Shown here in pieces: positions 44,293 through 53,475 of a DNA stretch of 64,000 bases. The notes beneath the pieces are model-generated. The model worked only from the letters and a program-made list of their open reading frames with translations, ran no database searches and had not been told where the DNA came from. The stretch is from Cyanobacteria bacterium SIG26. Lineage in GTDB: Bacteria; Cyanobacteriota; Vampirovibrionia; Gastranaerophilales; Gastranaerophilaceae. A program made the translations under genes and the position numbers. Location of the stretch: NCBI GenBank assembly GCA_015152555.1, contig SUTS01000010.1, positions 1,138-65,137 on the forward strand, read 5' to 3'. Positions within the stretch are counted from its first letter, which is position 1; every line of letters starts with the position of its first letter.

Positions 44293-44499
44293 ATGAGAAG
44301 GTTATTGGTTTTTTTAATAAAAATATATCAGTGGTTTTCAAAATTTACACCGAAGGTTTGTAGATTTTATCCGACGTGTTCAGAGTATACAAAAGAGGCT
44401 ATTATTAAATACGGTGTATTAAAAGGATGTTGGTTAGGGATAAAACGTATTTGCAGATGTCATCCGGGTAATCCTGGCGGATATGATCCTGTACCTTAA
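44293..44499 (+). CDS. yidD: membrane protein insertion efficiency factor YidD
   Basis: 68 aa from the internal ATG 44293. [15 protein letters not shown]...[13 protein letters not shown] is the YidD signature. Confidence 0.8.
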   Translation: MRRLLVFLIKIYQWFSKFTPKVCRFYPTCSEYTKEAIIKYGVLKGCWLGIKRICRCHPGNPGGYDPVP

Positions 44500-44603
44500 T
44501 TTTTTTATTGTAACTGAGGTGAGTTCTAAAAAATTTACACCAAAAATCTTTATGCTATAATTGAAATATTGATAAGAGGAAAATTTATTTGAGGGATATA
44601 AAT

Positions 44604-45551
44604 ATGGTGAAGAAGATAGCTTTTGTTTTCCCAGGACAGGGTTCACAGTCTGTTGGAATGGGAAAAGATTTGTATGACAACTTTGAGTCTGCAAAAAATG
44701 TATTTGATATTGCAGATGAAGTTTTAGGTAAAAGTATTACAACAATTTGTTTTGAAGGTCCTGAGGATGATTTAAAATTGACAGTTAATACTCAACCTTC
44801 AATTGTAACAATGTCAATTGCGGCATTGGAAGCTTTTAAATCAGAATTAGGTATTGCGCCAAGTGCTACTGCAGGGCATTCATTGGGTGAATATTGTGCG
44901 ATGTATGCTTCAGGTGTAATGGATTTAGAAACTACATTAAAAGCAATTCAAAAAAGAGCTGATTTAATGGGTTCAACAAAGGGTGGTGCTATGGCTGCAG
45001 TTTTAAATGCTCCGGAAGGTAGTGTTGAAAAAGCTTTGAAAGAAGCATCAAACGTAGGCTATGTTGATGTTGCCAATTATAATTCGCCAGCTCAAGTAGT
45101 AATCACAGGTGATGAGTCTGCGGTTGCTAAAGCAGGTGAATTGTTATCTGCAGCAGGTGCAAGACGTGTAGTACCTTTGGCTGTTTCAGGTGCATTTCAT
45201 TCAAAATTTATGGAAAATACAGGTAATGAATTTGCAAATTTTGTTTCAGAAATTAGTTTGAATGATTCAGTTATTCCGGTTTACACAAACGTTGATGCAA
45301 CTGCAACAATTTCGGCATCTGATTTTCAATCAAAAATGCCACGTCAAATTTATTCATCAGTATATTGGACTCAAACTATTGAAAATATGATGGCTGAAGG
45401 GATTGACACGTTTGTTGAAATCGGTCCGGGTAAAGTCCTTTCAGGTTTGATTAAGAAAATTAATGTTGAAGCAAAGACATATAATATTTATGATAAAGCT
45501 TCATTAGAAACAACAATTGCGTCTTTAAAAGAAGAAATGGCAATTGCGTAA
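44604..45551 (+). CDS. fabD: malonyl-CoA-ACP transacylase
   Basis: ATG 44604 follows GAGGGA. FVFPGQGSQ, GHSLGEY and the AFHS motif. Confidence 0.9.
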   Translation: MVKKIAFVFPGQGSQSVGMGKDLYDNFESAKNVFDIADEVLGKSITTICFEGPEDDLKLTVNTQPSIVTMSIAALEAFKSELGIAPSATAGHSLGEYCAMYASGVMDLETTLKAIQKRADLMGSTKGGAMAAVLNAPEGSVEKALKEASNVGYVDVANYNSPAQVVITGDESAVAKAGELLSAAGARRVVPLAVSGAFHSKFMENTGNEFANFVSEISLNDSVIPVYTNVDATATISASDFQSKMPRQIYSSVYWTQTIENMMAEGIDTFVEIGPGKVLSGLIKKINVEAKTYNIYDKASLETTIASLKEEMAIA

Positions 45552-45601
45552 TAGAAAATAATAGGTCTGATAATAAATTAGACAAAATAAGGAGAAAGAT
45601 T

Positions 45602-46333
45602 ATGACAGACAAAAAAGTTGCATTGGTAACAGGCGGTTCTCGCGGTATCGGCAAAGCTTGTGCGTTGGAATTAGCAAAAGCAGGTTGTGATGTTGTTATC
45701 AATTATGCAGGTAATGTAGATGCAGCAAATCAAACAGTTGAAGAATTAAAAGCTCTAGGTGTTAATGCAGAAGCTTGCAAATTCGACGTTTCTAATCAAG
45801 CAGAAGTTGATGAAGCTGTTGCTCAAATTATTGAAAAATATGGCAGAATTGATGTTTTAGTAAATAATGCCGGTATTACTCGTGATGATTTATTTATCAG
45901 AATGGGTGAAGATAAATGGAATGCGGTTATTAATACAAACTTGAATAGTGCATTTTATGTATCAAAACCTGTTGTTAAATTGATGATGAAACAACGTTCA
46001 GGTTCAATCATTAACACAACATCAGTTGTAGGTTTGTATGGTAATCCTGGTCAAGCAAACTATTCTGCAGCAAAAGCAGGCTTGGTCGGTTTTACTAAAT
46101 CATTGGCAAAAGAATTGGGTTCTCGCGGTATTAGAGTTAATGCTGTGGCTCCAGGGTTTATTGCTACAGATATGACTAAAGACTTGGGTAATACAGATGA
46201 ATATATGAAAATGATTCCATTGAAAAGAATGGGTGAAGCTGCCGATATTGCGAAAGCTGTTAAATTCTTAGCATTGGATGCCGATTATGTTACAGGTCAA
46301 GTGTTACAAGTTGATGGTGGTTTAATAATCTAA
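45602..46333 (+). CDS. fabG: 3-oxoacyl-ACP reductase
   Basis: 243 aa. TGGSRGIGKA, NNAGI and the YSAAK catalytic motif. Confidence 0.9.
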   Translation: MTDKKVALVTGGSRGIGKACALELAKAGCDVVINYAGNVDAANQTVEELKALGVNAEACKFDVSNQAEVDEAVAQIIEKYGRIDVLVNNAGITRDDLFIRMGEDKWNAVINTNLNSAFYVSKPVVKLMMKQRSGSIINTTSVVGLYGNPGQANYSAAKAGLVGFTKSLAKELGSRGIRVNAVAPGFIATDMTKDLGNTDEYMKMIPLKRMGEAADIAKAVKFLALDADYVTGQVLQVDGGLII

Positions 46334-46454
46334 GTAAAGATTTATAACAAATCGACTTGTAAAATGTAAAATTCTTGCAAAAAAAATATGTGCAAGTTAT
46401 AATGTAGCAAGAATAGTATTAGTAATACACAAATAATAAAAGAGGAAAAAGAAG

Positions 46455-46691
46455 ATGAGTACATTAGAAACAGTAAAAAAAGTTGTAGTAGATCAATTGA
46501 GTGTTGATGAAAAATTAGTTACACCTGAAGCTCGTTTCACAGATGATTTAGGTGCAGATTCATTAGACACAGTTGAATTAGTTATGGCTTTAGAAGAAGA
46601 ATTCAAATGCGAAATTCCTGATGAAGACGCAGAAAAAATTCAAACAGTTCAAGATGCAGTTTCATACATCGACAGCAAATTAGGTAAGTAA
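46455..46691 (+). CDS. acpP: acyl carrier protein
   Basis: 78 aa. The [18 protein letters not shown] phosphopantetheine attachment site. Confidence 0.95.
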   Translation: MSTLETVKKVVVDQLSVDEKLVTPEARFTDDLGADSLDTVELVMALEEEFKCEIPDEDAEKIQTVQDAVSYIDSKLGK

Positions 46692-46805
46692 TTATCTCAC
46701 TGATTGAATTTTGTTGAATTATTCAAACTGATTTATTATATTTGCGAGAGTGGGATTTTATATCTTTCTCTCGCATTATTTATGTAAAGGAAAAGGGATA
46801 TTTAT

Positions 46806-48056
46806 ATGACAAAAAGACGAGTAGTTATTACCGGTTTAGGTGCTGTTACACCTTATGGTGTAGGTGTTGAAAAATTTTGGGAAAGCCTAAAAGCAGGTAA
46901 AAGCGGTATTGCGACATCTGAATTAATAGATATTGAAAAACACGTTGTTCATATCTCGGGTGAAGTAAAAGGATTTAATCCTGAAGATTATATGGACGCA
47001 AAAGAAGCAAAGAAAATGGATAGATTTATCCAATTTGCGATGGTTGCGGCAGATGAAGCAGTAAAAGATGCTAAATTAGAAACATTAGATGGTATAGATC
47101 CGTATAAAGTTGGTGTTATTGTCAGTTCTGCTGCCGGTGGTTATAAAACTTTTGAGGAAAATCATATCAGAATTATTGAAAAAGGACCAAATAAATGTTC
47201 CCCGTTTACAATTCCTATGATGATTGTAAATATGCCATCAGGTCGTATTTCAATGAAGTATGGTTTTAAAGGTATTAATAAGGTTGTTGTTTCAGCTTGT
47301 GCAACAGGTTCACATTCAATCGGTGATGCATTCCGTTCAATTCAGTATGGTGATGCGGATATTATGGTTGCAGGTGGTGCTGAGGCTACAATTTGCGATG
47401 TTGGTATAGGAGCATTTTCTGCAGCGAGAACATTATCAAAACGTAATGATGAACCTCAAAAAGCATCAAGACCTTATGACAAAGATAGAGATGGCTTTGT
47501 TATGTCAGAAGGTGCTGGTATTTTGGTACTTGAAGAATACGAACATGCTAAAAAACGTGGTGCAAAGATTTATGCAGAAATTGTTGGTTACGGTCAAACC
47601 GGTGATGCATATGATGTTGTAGCTCCTGCTCCGGACGGTTCCGGTGCGATTAAGGCGATGGAATTTGCACTTAATGACGCAGGTTTAAAAGCTTCTGAGG
47701 TTCAGTATGTAAATACTCACGGTACAAGTACAGGATTGGGCGACAAAGCTGAATCTCACGCGGTTGCTACATTGTTTGGTGATAAAGATGCAAATCCTAA
47801 TTTGTTCGTATCTTCAACAAAAAGTATGCACGGTCACATGTTAGGTGCAACAGGTGCTGCAGAAGCAATCGTTTGTATTAAAGCATTAAACGATAACGTT
47901 GTTCCTCCAACAATCAACCTTGATAACCAAGATGAAGAAGTAGCTAACTTGAATTACGTTCCACATAAAGCTGTTAATGCTGAATTGAAAGTGGCACTAT
48001 CAAATTCGTTTGGTTTTGGTGGACAAAACGCATCTTTAGTATTTAAAGAAGTGTAG
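46806..48056 (+). CDS. fabF: 3-oxoacyl-ACP synthase II
   Basis: 416 aa. SACATGSHSIGDA (active Cys), NTHGTST and GHMLGATG motifs. Confidence 0.9.
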   Translation: MTKRRVVITGLGAVTPYGVGVEKFWESLKAGKSGIATSELIDIEKHVVHISGEVKGFNPEDYMDAKEAKKMDRFIQFAMVAADEAVKDAKLETLDGIDPYKVGVIVSSAAGGYKTFEENHIRIIEKGPNKCSPFTIPMMIVNMPSGRISMKYGFKGINKVVVSACATGSHSIGDAFRSIQYGDADIMVAGGAEATICDVGIGAFSAARTLSKRNDEPQKASRPYDKDRDGFVMSEGAGILVLEEYEHAKKRGAKIYAEIVGYGQTGDAYDVVAPAPDGSGAIKAMEFALNDAGLKASEVQYVNTHGTSTGLGDKAESHAVATLFGDKDANPNLFVSSTKSMHGHMLGATGAAEAIVCIKALNDNVVPPTINLDNQDEEVANLNYVPHKAVNAELKVALSNSFGFGGQNASLVFKEV

Positions 48057-48073
48057 TAAAGATTTTGTTTAAA

Positions 48074-48103
48074 AGCCCTGTATTAATATATGGGGCTTTT
48101 TTG
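48074..48103 (+). terminator. terminator after fabF
   Basis: AGCCC(TG)-loop-(TG)GGGCT followed by TTTTTT. It overlaps the 5' part of the track ORF 48090, arguing for the later start at 48165. Confidence 0.55.
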
Positions 48104-48164
48104 TTGCCAAATTTTATACAGTTGGTTACTGGCAAATTATTTTTTGTTAGGGTTTAATAAAGAT

Positions 48165-48506
48165 ATGAACTTGATTAAAACAAAAGTATATCAACAGAAT
48201 TTGGCAAATTTAAATAATTGGGTTGATCAAACACCGGTAAATGAGATGATAGATACAGTAACTTATGATTTATATGAGAGCAATAACCCTTTTCGTCAAA
48301 AAAAATTTGATAAAGAACAGATAAATAATAGGGGTTTAAGGGTTGCGGCAAATACAACAAAAGCAATTGGAGCAGAAGTTTTTTCAGCGTTTGCAAATCC
48401 ATTTTATTTATCTCATAAAGTAACTCAGGTTCCTGTGATTTATCATAGTGCAGTTGATGCGTATAGGAAAGTTCAAAATAAGAATTTGGGTGAAAATATA
48501 GAATAA
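48165..48506 (+). CDS. hypothetical protein (113 aa)
   Basis: Internal ATG downstream of the fabF terminator. No recognisable domain. Confidence 0.4.
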   Translation: MNLIKTKVYQQNLANLNNWVDQTPVNEMIDTVTYDLYESNNPFRQKKFDKEQINNRGLRVAANTTKAIGAEVFSAFANPFYLSHKVTQVPVIYHSAVDAYRKVQNKNLGENIE

Positions 48507-48633
48507 AATTCCTTGTGGAAATTGATTTACAGATTTGTCAAGTCCGTATTTATACTTACGTATTAATACGGACTATTAAATTATTTAAAATTTTGTATAA
48601 TAAAATTTGTAAAAATTATACAAAGGAGATATT

Positions 48634-49782
48634 ATGAAAAATTTAAGAAATTTTGTAAATAACGTTTCGGGAACAAGAAGAGTTTTTTCACAAGAAGATA
48701 TTGGTAATATGACAAGAGATGAGTTTGATAGAAATGAGGTTGCAATTTATGACCAATGGAGTAGGATCGGTATACCTTCTAATGGAGATTTAGCGTTTTC
48801 AAATGATGTTGTATATGTTGCAGAGTATTTGCGTTCAGATGGAACAAAAGTCAGTGCGCATTATCGTTCAAAACCGGATAAAGGAATAAGCCCAACATCA
48901 GAATCATTTGCTCCAACAGAAAAAAGTAACCCATTTATATTTCGTGATGATAGTTTAAATAAGAAATTAGAGGAAATATTTAAGAAAAATAATGAGGCCG
49001 TTCCGATGAATTTTAGAGGAGATGTTCCAAATATAGAAATGAATGCTTTTGGAGGTGAGTTATTCAATGGCGAAGGAAATATCTTTTCAAAGTTGTTTAA
49101 AATTTTAGTTGAAGTACCGCAATTGTTAATAGATGATTTAAAGGGAAAAACTTTTGAACAAGTTGAAGATATTATGAATAATAATACAATTTTAATGTCT
49201 GAAGCTTTGGAAATAAATAAAGGGTTGGATTCGCTTATAAATAGAGCAGCTTTTTTGATGCCTGAAGCATCATCTCTTTGGAATATTGCATCAAAAGGTT
49301 TTGATGTGAATACAAAATATATCAATCAAAACGGTCAAATTTTTAATAATGTAAAAGATTTGAATATTGAAAATAATTTAAAAGCAAAAATTATTGATAA
49401 ACTGCAATCACAATTTGGATTGGATAATACAAAAGGGATTTTATTTCATGAAGACAGTAGTCTGTCTAAAAAAATAGAAAATTCAAAGGTTTTGAATAAT
49501 TTTGTTATGAATAATTATTCTAAGTTATCAGAAGGGAAATGTGTTTCTGGGTCAATACCCTTTAATATTAGTACTCCAGATTTATATAATGCTCTAGGTA
49601 AAGTCGACATAATAAAAGCCCAACGAGATGATAATGGTTATATCAATATATTGATATTAGATACATATGATTTTAATAAAAATAGTTCTAATTTATTAGT
49701 AAGATTTGCTAGAAAAGTTCAAGATGCTGGTTTATTGGTTCCGTATTATAGTATTATTAAAGTTCGTAAAAAATGGTATTAA
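48634..49782 (+). CDS. hypothetical modular protein carrying the effector-tail motif at its N-terminus
   Basis: 382 aa. ATG follows AAGGAG. FSQEDIGNMTRDEFDRNEVAIYDQWSRIGIP aligns with FTREDIEKMSTKEFTKNEKAINAQMKSVGIP of ORF 38999. Then a basic VYVAEYLRSDGTKVSAHYRSKP segment and a ~290-aa unknown C-terminal region. Confidence 0.55.
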   Translation: MKNLRNFVNNVSGTRRVFSQEDIGNMTRDEFDRNEVAIYDQWSRIGIPSNGDLAFSNDVVYVAEYLRSDGTKVSAHYRSKPDKGISPTSESFAPTEKSNPFIFRDDSLNKKLEEIFKKNNEAVPMNFRGDVPNIEMNAFGGELFNGEGNIFSKLFKILVEVPQLLIDDLKGKTFEQVEDIMNNNTILMSEALEINKGLDSLINRAAFLMPEASSLWNIASKGFDVNTKYINQNGQIFNNVKDLNIENNLKAKIIDKLQSQFGLDNTKGILFHEDSSLSKKIENSKVLNNFVMNNYSKLSEGKCVSGSIPFNISTPDLYNALGKVDIIKAQRDDNGYINILILDTYDFNKNSSNLLVRFARKVQDAGLLVPYYSIIKVRKKWY

Positions 49783-50408
49783 TCGAAATTTTATTATATG
49801 ATAATTTTATGGTTAAACCAAAGAATAAAATATTAAATATTGTTGTTGCTATTATATTATTTCAAATTCTTTTCAATGTTTTAGGAATAAGTTTTCCGTA
49901 CGTGTTAATGTTATGGTTGACAATAGGAGAAGACTTACCGGTTTTTTATTATATAAGTTATTTTATTTGTGTATTTGGTTTTTTGATATTTAAAAATTCT
50001 GCGTTGATTTTTTTATATAAAATAAATCAGAAAATGTTTAAAATCAGCATGTTTAATATGTTTTTTAGATTAATTCGTTATCGGAGAAGTTTTTGTAAAA
50101 GTTTAATTATTTCAGCGTTTTTGACTGATTTATTGTTGGTATTAATATTGGTAATTTTGAGTAAAAATTTTATTAATTCTATTAAAATATATTATTTATT
50201 CACTTATGGAGGATTAGTTGGTTCATCTGCAATATTAGTTTTATTTTTTATGGATAAAAGCATACAACAATTTCGAACATTAAAAAATAATTTATATATG
50301 ATGACAATTACATTATTGTCTTTGATTTCAATTATCATAAATTTATTGATGTTTGTTACTCTAATTCAATTAATTTGTTCTTTTTTAATTCTTATGATGT
50401 ATAAATAG
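49773..50408 (+). CDS. polytopic membrane protein, hypothetical (candidate immunity protein)
   Basis: 211 aa with about 6 hydrophobic segments. Overlaps the preceding stop by 10 nt. The start is uncertain (alternative ATG at 49809). Confidence 0.45.
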   Translation: MVLIEILLYDNFMVKPKNKILNIVVAIILFQILFNVLGISFPYVLMLWLTIGEDLPVFYYISYFICVFGFLIFKNSALIFLYKINQKMFKISMFNMFFRLIRYRRSFCKSLIISAFLTDLLLVLILVILSKNFINSIKIYYLFTYGGLVGSSAILVLFFMDKSIQQFRTLKNNLYMMTITLLSLISIIINLLMFVTLIQLICSFLILMMYK

Positions 50409-50485
50409 ATTATTTGTTTTTTGTCAAGAATTATTACATATTCTCTTGAATGATTGGGAAAAAATATGCGAAATTTTAGAAAATA

Positions 50486-50841
50486 TTAAAAATATTTATT
50501 TTTCAATTTATCTATAATAAACAAACATAATATATTCAAAATAACATATATGCATTGTATAACACCAGAGAGATAACGAATAGCTTCAGTTATTTTATTA
50601 TATCCGATTAAATCCACTAAGCTACAATAATAATTAAATACACTGTTTGCTAGTAGTATTCCCATTGTGAAACAAAAAAATAATAAAATACGCAACACAC
50701 GATTCTTAGAATATATTTTATTTTAAGGGGTTTGTATAATGAAATTGCTGCAATGATGGATAATATATCTAAAATCATTTTACATATTATCATAAAGATT
50801 GTCTTATTCTTTATTTTATTAACTTTTATGTTACAATACAA
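50486..50841 (-). pseudogene. small membrane protein apparently split by a frameshift at a homopolymer
   Basis: Track ORFs 50650..50841 and 50486..50698 overlap in different frames across an A7/T7 run (50674..50680). A 1-nt change would give a single ~117-aa multi-TM ORF. Confidence 0.35.
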
Positions 50842-50889
50842 ACTAAAGCGAAAATTTTTATTACAGAATTAAGAAAGGGAATAAGAAGC

Positions 50890-51741
50890 ATGAAAAACGG
50901 TGTTGAAAACGGTTATTACCACGAAATTACTCCTGGCGGTTTTGGTATTTGTATAAAAGCAGGAAAAATTTTATTTTCTGATAATTCACCATTTCAAAAA
51001 GTTGAAGTTTTTGAAACAGAATCTGATTTAGGTAGAGTTTTAACTCTTGATGATTTGATGATGACAACAGAAGGTGATGAATATCATTACCATGAAATGA
51101 TTGCACATATCCCTATGATGCAGCACCCAGAACCAAAATCTGTGTTGGTAATTGGTGGCGGTGACGGTGGCACTATCCGTGAAGTTATGAAACACAAAAC
51201 TGTTGAACGAGCTGTATTATGTGAAATTGACGGTATGGTAATTGATGCTTGTAAACAATTTATGCCTACAATTTCTTGCGAATTAGACAATCCAAAAGTT
51301 GAAATTCTTGTACAAGATGCGATTGAATATATCAAAGATAAAAAAGATGAATTTGATATTGTATTAATTGATTCAACTGACCCAATGGGTCCTGGTGAAG
51401 GGTTATTTACTGATGAGTTTTATACCAATGTTAAAAATTCGTTGAAAAAAGGCGGTATTATGGTTGCTCAATCTGAATCACCATTCGCACAAAAAGAATC
51501 TGTACAAAAAATGTACAAACAACTAAAAAAAGTATTCCCAAATGTATCAACATACACTTCAAATATCCCAACATACCCAGGTGGATATTGGGCTTGGGCG
51601 TTTTGTTCAGTGGATGTTAAACCGCTTGAATATTACAATGATGAACGTGCAAATGAAATTATCCCAACTTGTAAGATTTATAATAAAGAATATCACAATG
51701 CACGTTTTGCATTACCGAATTATTTGAAAGAGCTTTTATAA
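50890..51741 (+). CDS. speE: spermidine synthase (polyamine aminopropyltransferase)
   Basis: 283 aa. YHEMIAH, VLVIGGGDGG and LIDSTDPMGPGEGLF motifs. Confidence 0.9.
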   Translation: MKNGVENGYYHEITPGGFGICIKAGKILFSDNSPFQKVEVFETESDLGRVLTLDDLMMTTEGDEYHYHEMIAHIPMMQHPEPKSVLVIGGGDGGTIREVMKHKTVERAVLCEIDGMVIDACKQFMPTISCELDNPKVEILVQDAIEYIKDKKDEFDIVLIDSTDPMGPGEGLFTDEFYTNVKNSLKKGGIMVAQSESPFAQKESVQKMYKQLKKVFPNVSTYTSNIPTYPGGYWAWAFCSVDVKPLEYYNDERANEIIPTCKIYNKEYHNARFALPNYLKELL

Positions 51742-51754
51742 TAATTTAAATATA

Positions 51755-51793
51755 AAACAAGAGTCGAATTTGTTTTCGGCTCTTGTTTTTTTT
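51755..51793. terminator. bidirectional terminator
   Basis: ACAAGAGTCGAA / TTCGGCTCTTGT stem flanked by an A-run and a T8 run. Confidence 0.7.
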
Positions 51794-51795
51794 AA

Positions 51796-52482
51796 TTATT
51801 CATCTTCTGGCGAATCCAACAAAACATTAATTTCATCTGCTAATTCATTAAATACAGTCTCTGCATTTTGTCGGAGTTCATCTTTGCTTATTTCCGCATC
51901 ATCACCGGATAGTTTTGTAAATCCTTTATCAATTATTGCTTGGATTTCCGGAGTAACTTCTTCCAAGTCTATTGCATCTTGTAAATAACCTGTCATAAAG
52001 GTTTGAAACTCTTCTTTATTAAGGCTTTGATTACCATCTGTATTATAGCCCATCATCATTTCGATTTCTTTTTCGGTATCGCCACCGCATTCTGTGATTT
52101 TATCAATTGTTTCGCCTTCAATTTGGTTTCCGTCTTCATCAAATATACAAATTTTACCGTTAATTATTTTGGCAGTGCAGCCTGTACCCTCAAGATCTGC
52201 AATTACTTGTTCTAAGTCGGCTTGTAATTCAGGCGAAATAGTTTCTGTTGTCGGTTGAGTAGGTTGAGTTGGTTGCGCGTTTACGTTATTCAATACTCCA
52301 CCTAAAGCATTATTTAGTATTTGCATACCTGTTAATATATCATTGGTGTGCTGTTGGGGTTGTGTTTTTTGTGTAGTTGTTGTTTGTGGAGGTGTTACTG
52401 TTTTGTTTCGATTAGGACCACCTTGTATGGGTCTTCCTTTGTAGAAAAACTGATCTCCGCTGCCATTAATTCTGCCTGACAT
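51796..52482 (-). CDS. hypothetical acidic protein with a Pro/Thr/Gln-rich N-terminal region and EF-hand-like loops
   Basis: 228 aa. NTDGNQSLNKEE followed by F, and SGDDAEISKDEL, resemble EF-hand loops. The N-terminal LGGVLNNVNAQPTQPT resembles ORF 43012. Confidence 0.45.
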   Translation of the reverse strand: MSGRINGSGDQFFYKGRPIQGGPNRNKTVTPPQTTTTQKTQPQQHTNDILTGMQILNNALGGVLNNVNAQPTQPTQPTTETISPELQADLEQVIADLEGTGCTAKIINGKICIFDEDGNQIEGETIDKITECGGDTEKEIEMMMGYNTDGNQSLNKEEFQTFMTGYLQDAIDLEEVTPEIQAIIDKGFTKLSGDDAEISKDELRQNAETVFNELADEINVLLDSPEDE

Positions 52483-52577
52483 ATCATCATCCTCATATAA
52501 TCAAAGTAATTCATGATTATATACGGTATTTTTTGCAAAAAGTTTAAAAAAAATCGGTGTTTTTTAAGTTTTGTGAA

Positions 52578-52892
52578 TTAAATTTTTCCCATTACATGAA
52601 TATGTAAGTGGAAAACCTCTTGCCCAGCTTCTTTTCCGGTGTTGATTAATGTGTTATATGATTTCAATCCAACTTTTTTAGTAACATCTTTTACTGTTTG
52701 CAAAAGTTCTGCCATTAAATTTTTATCTTCAAGTTCGTTAAGAGATTCTATATGGATTTTAGGACAAACTAACATGTGAATAGGAGCTTTTGGATTAATA
52801 TCATTAAATACTACTGTGTTTTCTGTCTCATAGACAAATTCTGTTCCGAATTCACCTCTGATTATTTTACAAAAAATACAATTTTCGCTCAT
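52578..52892 (-). CDS. HIT-family (histidine triad) nucleotide hydrolase
   Basis: 104 aa. CIFCKII near the N-terminus and the HLHIHVMG triad. Confidence 0.85.
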   Translation of the reverse strand: MSENCIFCKIIRGEFGTEFVYETENTVVFNDINPKAPIHMLVCPKIHIESLNELEDKNLMAELLQTVKDVTKKVGLKSYNTLINTGKEAGQEVFHLHIHVMGKI

Positions 52893-52905
52893 ATAAATCT
52901 CCTTT

Positions 52906-53475
52906 TTATCTTAATTTTTTAGCTAATGACAAACCTGCAGGCAATGGTAATATAACATTTTCGTAATCAAGGTTTGCGTTGATATCATCGATAAATGGTT
53001 TTACTTTACTCTCGTGTGATAAAACATTATCGCAAGCAATATATCCACCGACTTTTAAATGAGGTGCAATCAAGTGGAAAAATTTGATGTACTGAGCTTT
53101 GTTTGCGTCGATGAATGCGAAATCAATTTCAAAATCTTCAGGTAAGTATTCCAAAATAGTTGCGGCATCTCCTTTTTTTGTTTCGATAATATCTGCAACT
53201 CCACATATTGCAAAATTTTCTTTTGCAATATCGAGTCTTTTATCGTAAAACTCGATGGTTGTTAGTTTACCACCGGTTTTTTTTAGAGCTTTGCCAATCC
53301 AAATACCTGAATAACCGTTTGAAGTACCGACTTCGATTACACTTTGTGATTTTGAGTCAACTATCAAATTGTATAAAAATTCAGCAGTTGTGCGTGAAAT
53401 GTTCCAAAACTCTTTTTGTGTTTTTTCGAGTTCTTTCAAAGTTTCTTGTGTTGTTAAATCAAAATTTTCTATCAT
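52906..53475 (-). CDS. class I SAM-dependent O-methyltransferase (family 3, YrrM/TrmR-like)
   Basis: 189 aa. EVGTSNGYSGIW (SAM motif I) and FAFIDANK...GGYIACDNVL. Confidence 0.75.
   Translation of the reverse strand: MIENFDLTTQETLKELEKTQKEFWNISRTTAEFLYNLIVDSKSQSVIEVGTSNGYSGIWIGKALKKTGGKLTTIEFYDKRLDIAKENFAICGVADIIETKKGDAATILEYLPEDFEIDFAFIDANKAQYIKFFHLIAPHLKVGGYIACDNVLSHESKVKPFIDDINANLDYENVILPLPAGLSLAKKLR

Noticed and set aside
48861-49325. 154-aa antisense ORF inside gene 48634..49782
   Set aside because: It is Ser/Phe/Leu-rich shadow-frame composition with no RBS, and it is fully contained in a sense ORF that has a strong RBS and a conserved motif.
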